Shown in pieces: positions 23,962 to 36,237 of a stretch of DNA of 64,000 nt. Under the pieces are notes generated by a model. That model was not told where the DNA came from and did no database searches. It saw nothing but the letters and a program-made list of their open reading frames with translations. Origin of the DNA: Savitreella phatthalungensis. Lineage: Eukaryota. Position 1 is the first letter of the stretch. Each line of letters opens with the position of its first letter. Location of the stretch: the NCBI GenBank assembly GCA_051599415.1, contig AP039705.1, positions 186,001 to 250,000 of the forward strand. Reading direction: 5' to 3'. The position numbers and the translations under genes were made by a program.

Positions 23962-26049
23962 ATGAACTTCAGCCGCACGACTGGGCTGTATGATCCATTT
24001 GTCGATCTGCAAACTCACCAGCCATACTCGCATGGTCAACAAACCACAGAAGAGGCCCAGTTGCCATGGCAGACACAGCAGCAGGCTCCGGGAGGTTCTC
24101 GAATGAGACGAACACAATCTCAGCAGCAGATGGGAGTCGCTGGCCGCAGACGATCTCGAGCGTCCACGATCTCGTCAGGTGCAGGTGCAGCAGGTCTGCC
24201 GCCGAGCACTGCCGCAAAGACGAAGGCCAATCGACCACGAGCCATCAAACTGCCGCCGCAGAGCTTCAGCTCCGGTTTCCCGTACTCCGCAGGCTCGATT
24301 CCGGCCGTCTCGTCACCGCTCGCAACGCCGTCGATCTATGCTGGCCAGCACGGAGCGACATCGCATGCAATGTCACGCTCGGTCAGTAACAGATCTTTCG
24401 CTGGACACCCTTACATGTCGACGTCCGCGATTGAGTCCCCAGTCCGGTCCGAGTTCGGTTTTGGGTTCGGGTTCACAACAAGTGACGGCCCGTGGCCAGC
24501 AGCGTACGACCTCACCATGGGCGCTTCCTCCATTGTGGCACCGCACCAGTCGATTGCGGGACATGCCCAGCCGCATCACCACAGACATCACTCTGTCGCT
24601 GGTGGCGAGAAGTTCGATCGCCCACTTTTCCGCAGGACAAAGTCAATCAAGCTCGACAGATCTCTACCTGGCACAAACAGCGGCAGCACAACTCCGACAA
24701 AGAACGTCTCCATGATCATTCGGGACGGTGTAGCGCAGCTGGTAGAACAGCCGGCCAAGGCCATCGAGCGCCTAGCAATCCGCTCGCCAACAGTCGAGCG
24801 TGGCGGATTTCAACTTCAGCGCACGCCCAGCAGTAGTGTAGCCGCTGCCGGATTGGAGTCACAACGTCAGAGCGCTATCGGCGGAGCTGAGTTCGACAAG
24901 AGCCCGATCAAAGCACTCTCACGTCAGAGCAGCCTTGCGATGGCTCGCTCATACTCTGAAGTGTCCCTGTCGGCTGTCGCAGAAGAACGCCTCGCTTCGT
25001 CGCTCAGACTCGAAGATGCGTGCGAGCAGATGGGCTCTCCATCGCAACAGCAGCCGGCACAAATGTCTGCCAGTTCGAAAGAAGCTTCCAAGACTAACGC
25101 TCGTGCCCGTGCCACATCAACCATCTCGTCCATAAGCGTTCGTACACCCACGTCTTCGCCGCCTTTGCCACAATCCGTTCTGGCTGCGCTGTACGCGCAG
25201 GACGACGAGGATGATAATGGCGGGCGCGACTCTGCGACAGACTCGGACGCGTGCTCTGATCCAGGCATGCCTTCGTATACACTCGATCAAGCTCAGCGCG
25301 ATAACGCGTCGCCTGCCAATGCAGAGGAAGATGCACGCGCGGCAGTGAAGAAGTTGTTTGACCGTCAGCGTCAGCGACAAGGTGGAGTCCCAGTGCTCAC
25401 AGGCCAAAGCCAGCATGAGATGATGGACGTGGATCTGCCCATGTGGTCTGGGAACTTGGCCTCCGAAGACCTGCTTACGGCCGGCCTCGGCCGCACCGAT
25501 GGATTTGTCACCATGCCACTCACGCCGTCTTCGCAACGCGTCATCGAGCAAGCTCGTCGCAAGCAAGCTGCCAGCTCGCACAACAACCCATTAGCATGCG
25601 ACGGCTGTGGCATGGTCTTCAGGTCAGAAGAACTGCTGCTGCGTCATGCCAGCAACCACGTCCAGCTGCACGCGCCCTCCTTACACCCAGCTTCGCGCCC
25701 GTCGGCATCTGGTCTTGGCTGCACGCTCGCACCGAAGTTGCCGTCTGCGCAGCAAGCCTTCGACGCCAGCGATTTCTGGCGTCCCGCAGAGCTCGACATC
25801 GACATGGATCTGCTGGACCACGACATGTTTGCAGACAACACGCGGTTCGACAGCCACGCAGACACGGCAGCAGCAAATAAATCTTCGACCTCCATGCTGC
25901 AACCCTCGCCATTCACAGAGGACATTGAAGTCTTCAATGGTCCCACTCCGCAAGCCGCAAGACAGAGTGCGGTGACAACACAAGCCAAAGATGGCGATGA
26001 AACTGAGGACGAGGAGCTATTCGCCGACATTCTCCTTGGCAATGACTGA
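23962..26049 (+). CDS. Ser-rich low-complexity protein with a single C2H2 zinc finger
   Basis: 695-codon ORF containing CDGCGMVFRSEELLLRHASNH (C-x2-C-x12-H-x3-H). Confidence 0.7.
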   Translation: MNFSRTTGLYDPFVDLQTHQPYSHGQQTTEEAQLPWQTQQQAPGGSRMRRTQSQQQMGVAGRRRSRASTISSGAGAAGLPPSTAAKTKANRPRAIKLPPQSFSSGFPYSAGSIPAVSSPLATPSIYAGQHGATSHAMSRSVSNRSFAGHPYMSTSAIESPVRSEFGFGFGFTTSDGPWPAAYDLTMGASSIVAPHQSIAGHAQPHHHRHHSVAGGEKFDRPLFRRTKSIKLDRSLPGTNSGSTTPTKNVSMIIRDGVAQLVEQPAKAIERLAIRSPTVERGGFQLQRTPSSSVAAAGLESQRQSAIGGAEFDKSPIKALSRQSSLAMARSYSEVSLSAVAEERLASSLRLEDACEQMGSPSQQQPAQMSASSKEASKTNARARATSTISSISVRTPTSSPPLPQSVLAALYAQDDEDDNGGRDSATDSDACSDPGMPSYTLDQAQRDNASPANAEEDARAAVKKLFDRQRQRQGGVPVLTGQSQHEMMDVDLPMWSGNLASEDLLTAGLGRTDGFVTMPLTPSSQRVIEQARRKQAASSHNNPLACDGCGMVFRSEELLLRHASNHVQLHAPSLHPASRPSASGLGCTLAPKLPSAQQAFDASDFWRPAELDIDMDLLDHDMFADNTRFDSHADTAAANKSSTSMLQPSPFTEDIEVFNGPTPQAARQSAVTTQAKDGDETEDEELFADILLGND

Positions 26050-27573
26050 ACTGCAGCCACATTGGCGGAATCGCATGAGAAGCGTCACCGATCAGTCACA
26101 CATCACATCTATGCATACGCACATACACGCATTCGCATATACATTTACACTATTCTCCAGCACGTTGATGGCAGGAACACTTTACACGGCCACCGCCGCA
26201 TATAAATAGAAACGAACAAGAGGACCAGAGACAAAGGAACAGGAGGGACGGTACAGGGAGGATTAGAGGGAAATCGGATTATAGCACTAGCGTTACTTAT
26301 CATCGTTTCATCAGGAGAATCGCATCTTCTCGTTGCATCACCGACAAGGCCACGGACTCGTCCTGTAGCTACAGTCGGGCCTATGTCCTCGCCCTAATTC
26401 AGGTTCGGGACAGGACTCGAGCTGTATCGGTCGGGTGCTAATCCGCTCAATCAGCCAGTGCGACTTTCCTAAAAATAGTCACGTGTCGCATTCGAACCGG
26501 TGCATATATCGAGCGGATGACAATTGTAAGGCACGATCGATTCAATCTTTCCCTGCCAGTATTAGAAACAAGACACCGTCAATCATTCTTCATGACTTTG
26601 ACCCTGCCATCGCAGGCGGCAAATGCAAGTCCCGCAGGCGTCCTGTCGACCTTGCTCTGCCTGACACCTCCGTTGTTCCAGGTCGATCTTGGTATTGCGA
26701 CATGACGCCTTTCATTGCTCGCGGAATTTGCTTGTCTCTGTGTACGCGGGAGGTGCTGTACGTGAAGGTGGTCGAGATGAAGCGATGACGATCTATTCGA
26801 TAGGGACAACCGACTATTCTATTGGCTTGAAGATACTCGCGGATATGGTGCCACCGATAGTAACCTCGGCACCACAGTCTCTGAGCTTCCATCTCCACCA
26901 TGCCTTGCCCAACTTCCCCCTTAGCAGGTGACGCGTTCTCAGACAACGCATCAGTCTGCTGTCCTGCTTTCGCACGCGCCATACAGGGCAGGTACTGTCG
27001 ATGCGTTTCGTGGATCGCGTCACCGTACGGGTTGTCGACGTGTTTGTGAAGTCGAGGACTGGATGAAAGAGTAATGGAGACCCTGTGACGATACTAAATC
27101 CGACAATTTGCACGTCAGGGCGAGGCGTTCCCTTCCAATGGGAACGACCCCATGAGCGTTTCTTTTCTATACCCAAATTTCCGAGGGTCTCCTTTGCTCT
27201 ATCATTCGTCGAAGCCGCGGTTTCGGGAGTGTCTTGCGCAGCAGATAGCTTTTGGATCACGAGAATGAATCCTTCTACAACTCTACAGCGACGCAATCTC
27301 TTTTTCAAGCGCGAGTGCATGACCATGTTGGTGCGGCAAAAGAATCATCTAGTGTGTCGTGTGTCTTCGAACACGTGCATCTGGGCTATGTGGCTTTAAT
27401 CGCTACGGCTTTTTCCCCACATTTTTCGTCCACGCGTGAAGCCCTCGGCGTGGGACCCAACCGCGCCACGGCTGCAGCCGATCCCACATCTGCCTGCCTC
27501 TTCTTCGGACACAGGATGAAAAGGTGGCCAGCCAACTGTATCTTGAACCCGAGAACCTCCATTGGCCGTCGAC

Positions 27574-28485
27574 ATGTCTGCTGACGCCGCTGCTTCTGAG
27601 TTGACGCTGGAGAAGCATGCGCTTCCCGGGATGACGGACGGTCTGGCCTCGTCTGCGGGCAAGGCCTTCCACCTGAGCGTGATCACGATCCGTCGTCCTC
27701 GGAAACTGAACGCGATGTCGCACTTCCACTACACGCGGCTGCGCCAGCTGCTCGAGCAGGTGGATGCGGACGACTGTACTGCCGCGACACTCATCGTCGG
27801 CATCGGCAAGTTCTTCTCCGCCGGCGCAGACTTTACAAGCATCAACAGCTTCGACGAGGCAGACAAGAAAGCGGGAGCCGACAAGGCGGCCGAGATGGAG
27901 CCAAAGTCTGCCTTCATCGCACGGTTCGCAGCGGGTAACGGCGATATCACTCAGGCCTTCCTCAACCACAGACATCCACTCTTTGTCGGCCTGAACGGTC
28001 CGGCGGTCGGGGTGTCTGCGGCGATGGTCGCTTACGCGGACGTGGTTGTGGCGAGTCCGTCGACGTATTTGCTGACGCCGTTTGCGTCGCTCGGACTGGC
28101 GCCGGAGGCAGGCGCTTCCTTCATGCTTCCCTACAAGCTTGGACCGATGGTGGCGAATCGGCTGCTGCTCGGAGGCGAGGCCGTCAGGTATGATGACCTC
28201 GCCCGTGCTGGCTTCATCGCACGCACACTCAGCGATGCTGACGACGCCAAGAAGGGAGAGGGCAGCTTCGCCAGGGCTTGCATCGACACCGTCACCGAGT
28301 ATCTGAGCGATCGCAACTTGAGCAGCCTTAGGTGGGCCAAACAGCTCATGACCAGATCGATTAGGGACAAGGTGGAGAGTCACAATTGGTCTGAGGTCCT
28401 CCTCGCAGGACAGGCATTTGGTTCGGGCGTACCGCAGTCTGAGTTCGCCAGACTGGCGAGCGGCGCTAAGCGCCACAAACTTTAA
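27574..28485 (+). CDS. ECI1: Peroxisomal delta3,delta2-enoyl-CoA isomerase (crotonase family)
   Basis: 'GKFFSAGADF', 'LNGPAVGVSAA', 'LLTPFASLGLAPEAGAS'. C-terminal PTS1-like -HKL. Confidence 0.9.
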   Translation: MSADAAASELTLEKHALPGMTDGLASSAGKAFHLSVITIRRPRKLNAMSHFHYTRLRQLLEQVDADDCTAATLIVGIGKFFSAGADFTSINSFDEADKKAGADKAAEMEPKSAFIARFAAGNGDITQAFLNHRHPLFVGLNGPAVGVSAAMVAYADVVVASPSTYLLTPFASLGLAPEAGASFMLPYKLGPMVANRLLLGGEAVRYDDLARAGFIARTLSDADDAKKGEGSFARACIDTVTEYLSDRNLSSLRWAKQLMTRSIRDKVESHNWSEVLLAGQAFGSGVPQSEFARLASGAKRHKL

Positions 28486-28550
28486 ATGCCGTCGTGCGTG
28501 CTCTCTCGAGTTGTAGCCCACTTGATTTGTTATGTACATGTGAAAGCTAT

Positions 28551-30578
28551 CTAGATGCGGATGATATCAACTCGCGTCCTGTTCCACAGCTCGTGCGGAA
28601 TCAGTGTACCGTCTTGCGGTGTGTCTGTGGTTGACTCGCGTGGACGAATGACGACCTTTGCAAAAGTTCCTGCGCCTCGACGCTTGGCCAGGGTCCCCGG
28701 ATTGATCACGACAGTCCCGCTGATAACCCGAGCGAATGCGCTCATCTCAGACGGCAGCAGCATGATGTCTGGTGTCCGTGTACCGAAGTCCGCCAAGCCG
28801 CTGTATCCCCAATCAATGCTGGCAGACAATCCGCCGGCCGAGCCAGCATTGCCACTTGTTGCTGCGCCCAATGGGTCGGCTAAGACTGCCAGGTCGGCGT
28901 CAGTCTCGTCAGTCGCAACAGGCACCGTTTGTGTAACAGCAGCCTGCTGTGTTGGTGCTGGAACAGGATAGAGTGGGAAGAAGCGGCGCTGCTGGAGGAC
29001 GTGGGCGGCCGCACGTGCCAACGCATTCTTCTCCGGCGGATCTCTGGAGCACTCTGACAAGGCGAGATGCTTCACAATATCGAGCGAGCATGCGCCGAAT
29101 GAGGCCTCGTCAAGCGAGAACAGTGCTGGATTCGGTAAACATCTCGCACCAGATGTTTTTGACATGCCCAAAGCCGAACGCGGTAGGGCGTCCTGAGGAA
29201 AGCACGGATGTCTCGTCAGGACGTCGAGCGGATGAGGAATAATCAGCAGGCCAGGCAACCCACGCAGGATCGGGGAGACGAGGACGCGGAACAGATCATC
29301 CAAGGTCTCGCATGGTGAGTCGTCACCGTCTTCGAGCTTGATGGTTTCAGGAGCATCGAAGTCTCCCGATCTGAGCATCGGATGTGAAACATCGAGCAGG
29401 GGTCCAAGCAAGATGATCTGGTCTGGCTTGTGTTGAGCGGCAACACTTGCAAGCTGCCTGAGAGGTTCAAATAGTAAATCCGAGTCGGTCGTGAATGGAC
29501 CAGCGGCCACGATACAGGTTGTCGGCGACTGGGCAAATTCAGCCGGAGCGCTTGCAGAAGGAGGCAGCAGAGGCACGTTGATGATCTCCTCGACACGGAA
29601 CGCGGCACCTCCTGCGTTGCTGCCGCGGAGTGCGACCAGCTGGCCCGGGAAAAGTGAGAAGCTAGATAGCTGGGATAGATCCAGCCGTGTGCGAGAGCCT
29701 GTCCCTAGACGCCTGGAGGTCTCGAGCAGCACTGACTGTGGATTCAGTCTGCCGCCACCAATACTGTCACAGACTATGCGACCGATGCAGAGCACCGTCT
29801 GCTGTGATTCTCGGGCGGGATTCGCAAGCTCATCTTCCGCCATATCGAGGTGTGCTAGCACAACGTCAGCCCAGCTGTCAATCTGCTCGTCCAGAATCTC
29901 CGCGGTCTCAGACAGCTTTTGATACATCGGTCTATAGCCGTACTTCTTTGGGTCGAAGTTGGCTACGAGAGCTGGCGCCACTACTCTTGACGTAGGCTCG
30001 GCAGTGATCGACCCTGGATTGAGCACCTGTACGATCGTGCCGGGTTCTTTCCGATCTCCGAAGGGTGTTTTGGGAGTTCCGAGCGAGGTGTTCGTGCCAC
30101 CGTGACGTTGCGAATTCGGTGTTGTGCTGGTAAGAGGTTTCTCATAGTCAGTTCCAGAGCGAGAAGGCGTGCTGATCGGTTGCGCGTTCGAGATGGCCCG
30201 CTTAGCGGTCGAAAGCGGTTCACGCTTCACCTTTTTTACAGGTGTCATGTCTGAGCCGAGGAAGTCATCGAATCCACCGGAGGCAAGCGCTGTTGCGCCC
30301 AGCTTCCTGCTACTAGCAGGCGTGGTACCTCCCGTTGACTGCCCAGCCCTGAGTCTTGCCTGATTCTCGAACTCGATCTGGTTTTGAATATCTTGCTTGA
30401 ACAAGGCGACATTGTCGACATTGAGCTGTGGGTCATTGCCCATCTTAAAGGTCCATGACTCCCATTTGAAGAAGAGATCATCATCTGAGATGTCGTAGAG
30501 CCTGTTGATGGACCGAAGCATGGAGGCTACGTCAGTCGAGACACCACCAAATCTCGCGACTTGCTCGAGCGTTGCCAT
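28551..30578 (-). CDS. POL12: DNA polymerase alpha-primase subunit B
   Basis: 'DLFFKWESW', 'YRPMYQKLSE', 'IGRIVCDS', 'SLFPGQLVALRGSN', 'AAGPFTTDSDLLFEPL', 'PDIMLLPS', 'INPGTL..GTFA'. Confidence 0.95.
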   Translation of the reverse strand: MATLEQVARFGGVSTDVASMLRSINRLYDISDDDLFFKWESWTFKMGNDPQLNVDNVALFKQDIQNQIEFENQARLRAGQSTGGTTPASSRKLGATALASGGFDDFLGSDMTPVKKVKREPLSTAKRAISNAQPISTPSRSGTDYEKPLTSTTPNSQRHGGTNTSLGTPKTPFGDRKEPGTIVQVLNPGSITAEPTSRVVAPALVANFDPKKYGYRPMYQKLSETAEILDEQIDSWADVVLAHLDMAEDELANPARESQQTVLCIGRIVCDSIGGGRLNPQSVLLETSRRLGTGSRTRLDLSQLSSFSLFPGQLVALRGSNAGGAAFRVEEIINVPLLPPSASAPAEFAQSPTTCIVAAGPFTTDSDLLFEPLRQLASVAAQHKPDQIILLGPLLDVSHPMLRSGDFDAPETIKLEDGDDSPCETLDDLFRVLVSPILRGLPGLLIIPHPLDVLTRHPCFPQDALPRSALGMSKTSGARCLPNPALFSLDEASFGACSLDIVKHLALSECSRDPPEKNALARAAAHVLQQRRFFPLYPVPAPTQQAAVTQTVPVATDETDADLAVLADPLGAATSGNAGSAGGLSASIDWGYSGLADFGTRTPDIMLLPSEMSAFARVISGTVVINPGTLAKRRGAGTFAKVVIRPRESTTDTPQDGTLIPHELWNRTRVDIIRI

Positions 30579-30720
30579 CTCGTGATGCCTCTGCAGCTCG
30601 CCACTTTCTCTGATTTGCAAAGATACCTATTGGATAACTGCAGGCAGGCTAGCGTCCTTTGATCCCTGTCACTCTTGACTCTGACCTCTTTCCTGTATGA
30701 CTGAAGTGCTGAAAGTTTGA

Positions 30721-30764
30721 ACGCGTCTTTACCATTGACGCGAATGTAATTTGATGAAGCGCGT
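30721..30764. promoter_or_regulatory. MCB (MBF-binding) boxes upstream of POL12
   Basis: ACGCGT at 30721, ACGCGA at 30738 and GCGCGT at 30759, 140-190 bp upstream of the POL12 ATG. Confidence 0.6.
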
Positions 30765-31591
30765 ACAGCACTCACGTGAATTCACTGCATTAAATTTATC
30801 CTGATTGGAATTGAACGCACGTGTATCGATGATCAATCTCCGAGTGCTAGAGGAACACGTGCCTGTACACTCAATGCACCTTCTCCGGCTACTCTCGCCC
30901 GCCTCACTTTACACAGAACAATTCTTGGCTGCATGCTCGTACATCAGGTTAATTTCGACGCATTGGCAAGCAAATAGAGGAAGCTCGCGTGTGAGGTCAA
31001 TGTCAAGCACTTTAGATAAGCGCGAGAGTTACTGGGCCCAAGGCCGGTAAGGAAAAGATGGAGATGATCTACGCCACCGCGCAATAATATACTGATAGGT
31101 AGGCACGTAAATGGTGTGATTCATTTGCAAAAGAACACACAAACAAAGTCACTGATGTGAGTCTTGTGATCTTCTCTGACGTGATGTCAGCTTGAGCACT
31201 GGATTTGGACCGCTCAAGCACTGAATTCGAATTGTGGCAACGGCACGCTTTCTCGGCCAGCCTGAGTATCTTCAAGGCTCCGATTTGAGGTCAAGCCTCG
31301 AATATCAACAATAGTATGAAAGTGTCCGTTGCGATTTCCTCAAGTCGAGTGGTTCGGAGATTTGCAAAAGCCTTTCTTGCAGCACAATTCCCGCCGCCAT
31401 CAGCTGTACCAGATTCTCAACCAGAATCAGGTAGTCCACTTTCGATAGTCAGTCCAACAGACGTAGTCGCGCGTCACTTCTCAACTCATTTTATCTCCAC
31501 CAGACGCAGTATAAATTCCTCGTCGGATCGCTGCTCAGTTACGTCGGTCGACACGAACCTCTGATCTGTCGCCCTTGGACATCGATTGCCT

Positions 31592-32503
31592 ATGGGTTGT
31601 TACGTTCGCCGCCACAAAGACAAGCGCCAGTGGACAACGATTCGCTCGGCATCGAAAAATGCTGTCGGTGAGCATGAAATCGTGCGAATCTTCGGCAATC
31701 CTCCGCATATTCCAGAGCAGCAGTATTTGAAAGAGGAATGCCCATATGGTAGTCCACCAGACAACGCGATTGCGTGGACTGCCTCGAGTCTGCACAAACC
31801 GAAACTCGTCGGGCGGCTACAATCGTTCGTTTGGCTGCCGGATGGGGTCGATAGCTTGTATGATCCGACCCAAGGACGCACGGAACGATTTGAAAGCCTA
31901 CTGCTGATCGATGACCTCTCATTTATCGATCTGTATTGGGACCGTCAAAATTGCCGGCTTTCCCGAGCCTGGGCCGGGACGCGCACAGTCGAGCTCCTCC
32001 CGGATGGAAAGACTGCCAAGATTACGTCAACTCATCAGATTGATTCTGGCTGTTTCGAGAGGCTGTACATCCCTGAGTCCGACTTCGAAGACGTCGTCTA
32101 CGCATTCCGACTTCCGAACGACATTGTTGTAAAGCGTGGAAAGATGCTCCACCCAAGAACCAACGAGATGCGCCACTTCGAGGAAGTCTGGGAAGAAATT
32201 GACGTGAAAGCAACATCGAGTTTCGTCAGTGAGCATAAAATGAGGTCCGCAGACTTCTCGTGGAGGAAGCCCGAGCCAGGTGGCACACCCACGTATCGCA
32301 CTAGCCGCGTGCACATTCAAATCAACAATATAGCTGCGATTGTGAATGTTGACTGGCACAACAGACTCTCCGTTGCCACTTACAGAGCACAATCAACCCG
32401 AGGCCCTTACCTTCCCACTTTCATCGTCGGACCAGCGTTTACTACGCATTACAAGAGACCGAGTAAGGCTGACCGAAAACAAGAATACAGCGTGCTGCTC
32501 TGA
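31592..32503 (+). CDS. HRI1-like protein (divergent)
   Basis: Pattern 'FIDL...AWAG...H(Q)IDS...LPND.VV..G.MLHPRT..M..FEEVW' resembles the HRI1 family. Confidence 0.65.
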   Translation: MGCYVRRHKDKRQWTTIRSASKNAVGEHEIVRIFGNPPHIPEQQYLKEECPYGSPPDNAIAWTASSLHKPKLVGRLQSFVWLPDGVDSLYDPTQGRTERFESLLLIDDLSFIDLYWDRQNCRLSRAWAGTRTVELLPDGKTAKITSTHQIDSGCFERLYIPESDFEDVVYAFRLPNDIVVKRGKMLHPRTNEMRHFEEVWEEIDVKATSSFVSEHKMRSADFSWRKPEPGGTPTYRTSRVHIQINNIAAIVNVDWHNRLSVATYRAQSTRGPYLPTFIVGPAFTTHYKRPSKADRKQEYSVLL

Positions 32504-32804
32504 ATCAATTTTCGACTGTCTCCTCGCAACACGACTTTGCATTCCACTAGCGCTAAACAAGCAGCAGCACGTTCTGTTGCTCTGCAACATCGATCGATGG
32601 CCAGTAAGGTCGACGACTTGTGTTACTGAACGCCTATGCTTCACCCGATTTCGAATTACTTTCAACACCATGTCAACACATTTTCAACATGAAAAGTTCG
32701 TGCTGAATCAATTTCATTCAACAGCAAGCCTTGCAGTCGTTAATTGATTTTCATTCGTTTGGTCTAGTCTGACCCGTAATTGAGGCAACTTGTGTTGATG
32801 CCCA

Positions 32805-33830
32805 TCAGCAACTTTGGGTGGCATCGCTATTGGAACGGAGCTTCTCCGGCGCATGGAGTGATCTTGCTGTCGATCCAGAATTTCGCCTCGGGGAAGCGAC
32901 GCCGCCTGAGACCATAGTCTCCGATATAGCGCGCTTTCTGTTGACAGCCATTAATTTTTGTTTGTTCTCAATGATCTCCTCATCCGTCCTCCAGGCGTGG
33001 ACAAATAGCGCAATGAATGCCAGGAGGACCAGTACCATCGGCACAGCATCGAAAGCCAGAATGTAAGCCTCTGTGCGGTTGATCTTGCCGGACCAGCCAT
33101 CCAGCAGCTCGACGAAGCGATAGACGTTCCGAAGGTAGATGAGCACGTTAACGACAAGTCCGGTCCATACAAGTAGACGAGAGTATGGCAGAGCGTTCCC
33201 GTATGAGTCGGTCTTGGCGTTCCAGGGTAGCAAGCGTTTCGTGCCGCCTGCTTTGTAAATAAAGCCAACGGCGAGCACGGTGAAGACGCTCATGGCTGCC
33301 ACTTGAATAGCAATGCCGCCGACGATGATCTTTGATCCCTTGTTAGCGAGCTTCTCGGTGTCTGCCGCAGCAGCCATACTGCCGCCGACAGCCTGGACGA
33401 TCAGTGAGGCTAGATCAGCACCACAAAAGAGGATGAGGTAGGTTCGGGGTGAGAGCCATGAATGCTGAGGCGCGCGTTGGATCGCGATGCCGAGTAAGAG
33501 GTAGAGTCCAGCTGAGAAGAAGAGCGGCGCAATGACAAGAATCGCGAATTGGAAGCTGAACAGGTCATTGCTGCACGGATCCGCATAGCCGATGATACGG
33601 CCGATCCAGCCGGCTGTCGATAGTATGCCGCCGAGCAGGACGGACACGATCCAGGGGTGTCGTCGCACACGCAAGGCAACGACGGTCGAAAGCAGACTGA
33701 ACATGGCCACGAAGATGATGCCGGCAGCAAGACTGGGTCTATAGCCCCAGGAAGATTGGTACGCGGCTGTCGCGATGGTGCATCCTTTTTGTGCAGCTGT
33801 CTGAGCAGCTCTGGTGAATAGTCGTGACAT
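32805..33830 (-). CDS. RTA1/RSB1-family 7-TM lipid-translocating exporter-like protein
   Basis: 'WGYRPSLAAG', 'GWIGR', 'IAPLFFSAGLY', 'F..ADLASLIVQAVGG', 'RNVYRFVEL..GW', 'FDAVPM'. Confidence 0.92.
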   Translation of the reverse strand: MSRLFTRAAQTAAQKGCTIATAAYQSSWGYRPSLAAGIIFVAMFSLLSTVVALRVRRHPWIVSVLLGGILSTAGWIGRIIGYADPCSNDLFSFQFAILVIAPLFFSAGLYLLLGIAIQRAPQHSWLSPRTYLILFCGADLASLIVQAVGGSMAAAADTEKLANKGSKIIVGGIAIQVAAMSVFTVLAVGFIYKAGGTKRLLPWNAKTDSYGNALPYSRLLVWTGLVVNVLIYLRNVYRFVELLDGWSGKINRTEAYILAFDAVPMVLVLLAFIALFVHAWRTDEEIIENKQKLMAVNRKRAISETMVSGGVASPRRNSGSTARSLHAPEKLRSNSDATQSC

Positions 33831-36211
33831 TCAGGGCTGCCTCTGTGATCTGTAGCGTCTGGGTGAAACGCAGGGCACTTGCTTCAGCAGACAACCAAGT
33901 GAGCGATGAAGTGACTTATAACGTCCTTCAGGATCTTATCTGTCTGGTCTTTCGTCCACCTGTTCGCTCGTTCAGAAGTGGTAGGCAAGTGCAGTCACTG
34001 TTACCAAGATTGTCAAACAGCTCGTCAATCACATCTGATCAGGAGGTGGAGCAGCAATTGGGACGTGGGACGTGCCTTGTGGTCAACCTGGTTCCCACTC
34101 TGCTGACTGCCACGCCAATCCGTGTCTCCACAGAGCTTGCATCTACGCTATTGGAACATCCAACACTGTAAGCATTAGCTTTGGCCAGAATCTGGGCAGA
34201 TCATCCAGTGATTTGTAGACTGCAAAGTGCTAATCGAGTCTCACATTAATTACCATTTCAAGCTAGGCGAGCTCGTTGGTTTCGACTGAGCCCCTCTGTG
34301 TGTCTACAATTGATGAAAACAAGCTCATCGACCGTTTCAGATCGGGCATATCGCGCCATCTGACTTCCTCCTCCGGCATCGGTGGCTTTCCCAGCTCAGT
34401 ATGAAGCAGAGTATATCTTCAGCCTGAGCACCACTGTGGCAGATTGAGTTACCGCTGGTCGCATGGGTATATACGATTAAAATTAAAAAATCCCTCGTAC
34501 ACTTTTCGATCTCGTCTTCATTTGTGATTGTTCCTTGGCCAGCTTGCTTACGGAGACTTTTCGCGTTACGCTCTTGTATGGATGATCCAATCACGTTGTC
34601 CAAGATTATCGAACAGCCGAAAACGAGGAAATTTGTTTCGGTCTGGACACAGATTGAGAGATCGATAAATAGAAAGCCGGTCGATCGTCTGTGCTCTCGC
34701 AATCAATTTGGCTAATTTCCTGACCTCGGTCAGGTTATCACAATCCAAGAATTGCAGGCGCAGAAACAGAGACCAGCCCTCTCGATGAGTATTTTGCCAG
34801 GGCAAAAGGCGACTCAGAAGAGCACTGGACAATTTTCGAGTCTCGAACGTGATTGTGTATCATTTGGGACAATCCTCTTTTTGTCTAGCGAGGAATGCAC
34901 ATCGAGGCGCAGCTTTGGTCGACGCCAACTTTGGCAATCGTGCTGCCTCTTCAGTATGGGATCGCGCTCAGCTTTCGATGACGGCTTGCCTTGTCATCTT
35001 CCGTGCAATCAGTGTCAGTTGCCTGTATTCGAGAAACAACCACTTAGACAGTTTCGAGACTCATTTGCATCAGTGCTACGGGGTACGAAGCGCTCGAGAA
35101 TCGCGAATGAATTGGAGTGAATTCGGCCTTACTTGATTTGTGGGAGCAGAAACAGGCCGATCTTGACGCATCTGTGTCGCAGGGCAACTGAGGATGTGTG
35201 CTATTCAATATGTGCCCTGTACCCTTACAAAATAGATATGAAATAGATAGATTCTCCCCCTTCACTTGGAATGCAGGATGAGAACGACAAATTGCCACGG
35301 CGGGTAATGAGTGGAATCGACAAAGATCGCGCGGGCTCATGAATGCCGCCTGCTTCAAGCGCTCAGCGACTCGATTCCGCTCGATCAGCAAACGTGAACA
35401 GCGCAGGACCTGAGTGAAGCCGTCAAATTCTCGCATAGTGAATCCTCTTTGCCGCTACCAAGCGTCGTTGGCCAGCAGAACAGCGAGCTAGCTGGATGAG
35501 TCACGCCGAGGCATTTCGGCTCGTTTGATATATTTTTGGCCACTTCACTCTGAACCCACTTGCCAATGTCTTTGATGTGCACGTGCTAGTCTGGAGCCTG
35601 GCTCACCTGGAACATTTCCGACCATAACATGCGTAGCACGCATTCATTGGACCCTCAATTCCTGGAAGCCTATCTGTAGATCTGATGATACCGCACGGAG
35701 AGCGCGTGATGCATTTGCCTGTCCAGGTATGGCTGGTTGCTGCTTGACCTGCACATTGCTGGAGAGAATCATTCTACAGCTCTGTCTTTTTAAAAGAATT
35801 ATACTATCTGCACAATTCAGAGGAGTATTCGGCCATCTGTGTGAATGATTTCCTGTATTGATCCTCATGCCGCCATCACCGCGAACAACTTCTCCCATCG
35901 TTTGTGACGAAATTGTATTTGCAAAAGTCATTCGTGCATCTCCAGAATTATGCAGCCTCGGATGTTAGTGCTGCCAACCATTGAGTACAGACTTCAATAT
36001 CTAATGAACATTGCAATTGACAGTGATCTACCATATCAATAGGTAAAAATATCGAATTAGAACTGCTTTGATTCCGTCCAAATTTGTATCGCATCAGTGT
36101 GTTATTGGCCTGGAATTAGAGGCAAGTAAATCAGCCACTTTGGGCGGATGCAGGTCTCCCAAAATTCCATCCACGTCTCCGTGGTGACGGAACTGTGCGT
36201 CTGAGTGCATT

Positions 36212-36237
36212 GCTGCTGCTGCTGCTGCTGCTGCTGC
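36212..36237. repeat. (CTG)n microsatellite upstream of PTC1
   Basis: About 8 perfect CTG units. Confidence 0.85.

Noticed and set aside
26435..27400. Several 100-170 aa ORFs between the C2H2 gene and ECI1
   Set aside because: Overlapping on both strands, no motifs and no consistent splice model found.
27403..28539. 378-aa ORF antisense to ECI1
   Set aside because: Antisense shadow of a GC3-rich gene; no recognisable domain.
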